Assembly (NCBI GenBank): GCA_965219645.1 | Contig: OZ244788.1 | Span: 723,341-787,340, forward strand | Length of the DNA: 64,000 nucleotides | Origin: an uncultured Pseudohongiella sp. | GTDB lineage: Bacteria > Pseudomonadota > Gammaproteobacteria > Pseudomonadales > Pseudohongiellaceae | Direction of reading: 5' to 3' | In this document: positions 62,371-64,000 of the stretch, piece after piece | Numbering within the stretch: position 1 is the stretch's first letter | Layout: each line of letters opens with the position of its first letter | Made by a program: the position numbers and the translations under genes | Notes under the pieces: generated by a model | What the model was told of the DNA's origin: nothing | Seen by the model: only the letters and a program-made list of their open reading frames with translations | Databases searched by the model: none

Positions 62371-62527
62371 GTCATTCCGCGTGTAATCCCCCCTCCCGTC
62401 ATTCTGCGCGTAGCGAAGCGAAGTCGCAGAATCTCATGCAGCGGCCTCCCAAGGAGATTCTGCGACTACGCGCAGAATCTCATGCAGCGGCCTCCCAAGG
62501 AGATTCTGCGACTACGCGCAGAATGAC
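62371..62527. repeat. GCAGAATGAC palindromic repeat copy with an internal 46-bp tandem duplication
   Basis: The sequence is GTCATTCCGCG...GTCATTCTGCGCGTAGCGAAGCGAAGT, then [CGCAGAATCTCATGCAGCGGCCTCCCAAGGAGATTCTGCGACTACG] x2 (62425-62470 and 62471-62516), then CGCAGAATGAC. Confidence 0.85.
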
Positions 62528-62669
62528 AGGGGAGGGAAAACCTGCGGGACATCCACTTCCGTCTTTCGGCTTAGCAAGGCTATTGCGCGCAAAGAGTGCT
62601 TTCGCTAGAATCAGCGCCCCGTTTTTGGCGGCTTGAATCGCTGCTTCGGAATACGAGAAATCAGCGAAC

Positions 62670-63428
62670 ATGCGCCGTAAACTGGTGGTCGGCAATTGGA
62701 AAATGCATGGCTCCCCGGGACGAAACAGGGACTTGCTTGAAGCCATCAAGCCCGCCCTGCAAAGCCTTGAAGGCCGGGTGGAAATCGCGGTTTGCCCTTC
62801 GTTTCCGCATTTGGCGGATACCAGGGCGATACTGGCCGGAAGCCGGGTCGGATTGGGCGCCCAGAACCTGTTCAGCTTCGGGGAAGGCGCCATGACGGGA
62901 GAAGTGTCCGCTTCCATGCTGGCGGACGCTGGCGTTGGCCTGGTCATTGTCGGGCATTCCGAGCGCAGGGGCAGACTCGGGGAAACCGATGCCCAGACAG
63001 CGGACAAGTTTGCCGCCGCCCGGAAAGCCGGCCTCGTGCCGGTCCTCTGCGTCGGCGAAACGAGGCCGGAACGCGACGCCGGCGAAACCGCAGCGGTGGT
63101 CCTGCGTCAGCTTGACGCCGTCATCGACAATCAGGGAATCGCAGCCCTGGACAAGGCGGTGCTGGCCTATGAGCCAGTCTGGGCCATCGGCAGCGGCGAC
63201 CCGGCAACGCCGGAACAGGCCCAGACGGTTCACGCGCTGTTGCGTGAGCGGCTCAAACAGCACAGTGGGAAAATTGCGGATGAAATTCGCATTCTCTATG
63301 GCGGCAGCGTAAACGCAGCCAATGCGGGGGAATTATTCGCCCAGCCGGACATAGATGGTGGTCTGGTGGGAGGCGCTTCGCTGAAAGCGCGGGAATTCAT
63401 TGCCATCTGTGCCAGCGCGGGTAGCTGA
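62670..63428 (+). CDS. tpiA: Triosephosphate isomerase
   Basis: LVVGNWKMHG, IVGHSERR, AYEPVWAIGSG and GGASLK blocks. Confidence 0.96.
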   Translation: MRRKLVVGNWKMHGSPGRNRDLLEAIKPALQSLEGRVEIAVCPSFPHLADTRAILAGSRVGLGAQNLFSFGEGAMTGEVSASMLADAGVGLVIVGHSERRGRLGETDAQTADKFAAARKAGLVPVLCVGETRPERDAGETAAVVLRQLDAVIDNQGIAALDKAVLAYEPVWAIGSGDPATPEQAQTVHALLRERLKQHSGKIADEIRILYGGSVNAANAGELFAQPDIDGGLVGGASLKAREFIAICASAGS

Positions 63429-63429
63429 T

Positions 63430-63948
63430 ATGCAAACACTGGTTGTCGTTCTTCATGTCGTCGTGGCCGTGGCCATAGTCGGCCTCGTGCTGCTGCAGCA
63501 GGGCAAGGGCGCCGACGCCGGCGCCTCATTCGGCGCCGGGGCGTCGCAAACCGTTTTTGGCTCCTCGGGCAGCGGCAGCTTCCTCGTGCAGGCCACCACG
63601 GTAGCCGCGGTGCTGTTCTACGCCACCAGTCTCGGGCTGGCGATTTACGCCCGGGGCCAGTCGCAACTCGCCGACCCGACGGGCCTGCCCATCGAAAATC
63701 AGGATTTGCTGCAGCAATCGGTCATCGAACAGCAGTCCGCGGCCGATAATCCGGATGAGATCGAATTGCCCATCGACGACAACCTTCCGCAAATCGACGC
63801 CGGCGGCGATATCATCGTCTCGGAACCGATACAGATCGCGCCGGCGGACGATACCGGCAATACGGATGTCATTGAGATTGTCCCCGCGACCGATGACCTG
63901 CCCCAAGCGGAAGAACCCGGTCAGGACGACTTGCCCAACCCGCAATGA
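63430..63948 (+). CDS. secG: Preprotein translocase subunit SecG with a long acidic C-terminal extension (172 aa)
   Basis: ATG at 63430. MQTLVVVLHVVVAVAIVGLVLLQQGKGADAGASFGAGASQTVFGSSGSGSFL is canonical SecG. A second TM follows, then about 90 residues rich in D/E/P/I/Q. Confidence 0.9.
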   Translation: MQTLVVVLHVVVAVAIVGLVLLQQGKGADAGASFGAGASQTVFGSSGSGSFLVQATTVAAVLFYATSLGLAIYARGQSQLADPTGLPIENQDLLQQSVIEQQSAADNPDEIELPIDDNLPQIDAGGDIIVSEPIQIAPADDTGNTDVIEIVPATDDLPQAEEPGQDDLPNPQ

Positions 63949-63966
63949 ACCCAGCAGAAAAAATGT

Positions 63967-64000
63967 GCCGAAGTGGTGGAATTGGTAGACACGCTATCTT
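63967..64000 (+). tRNA. tRNA-Leu, 5' part only (truncated by the window end)
   Basis: GCCGAAGTGGTGGAATTGGTAGACACGCTATCTT matches the acceptor stem and long D-arm of bacterial tRNA-Leu. The secG-tRNA-Leu synteny is as in E. coli (secG-leuU). The anticodon is not in the window. Confidence 0.8.

Overview
High-GC (about 65-70% in hand-counted core lines) chromosomal segment. The gene set and synteny are typical of a gammaproteobacterium: ctaB-SCO1, polA/engB, dsbA-cytochrome c4, lptM-lysA-dapF-DUF484, carAB-greA, rlmE-ftsH-folP-glmM-tpiA-secG-tRNA-Leu. I cannot name the species from sequence alone. Most of the window is housekeeping. It also holds a complete type II secretion operon in non-canonical order (gspL-M-E-F-D-G-H-I-J-K, lipobox secretin), an OmpR/HK pair, a GldG-type ABC system, wzm/wzt, xylAB, an IS1380-family transposase and a VapBC-like pair. 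The most interesting part is the left edge (1-6133). This is a defence-island fragment with a DUF1829-like gene and a type I restriction hsdR, followed by a sharply AT-rich two-gene operon. That operon encodes a 2TM membrane protein (3848-4729) and a protein with a cupin motif-1 signature (4719-5354), and a convergent parDE pair follows. The whole 2.4-kb block is bracketed by the true hsdR 3' end and a degenerate second copy of the same 3' end (3713-3753 vs 6093-6133). I recognise neither operon protein as part of a named defence system, so this is my best candidate for an undescribed system. The second notable layer is a dense population of nested palindromic/MITE-like intergenic repeats. One family uses CTAG-initiated TIRs that supply stop codons. 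A hairpin module carries a conserved extended -10 box aimed at downstream genes. A 73-nt structured insert shows compensatory changes. A GCAGAATGAC palindrome family includes a 31-bp tandem array. No rRNA and no CRISPR array were seen. All family assignments come from motif recognition and memory, not database searches.
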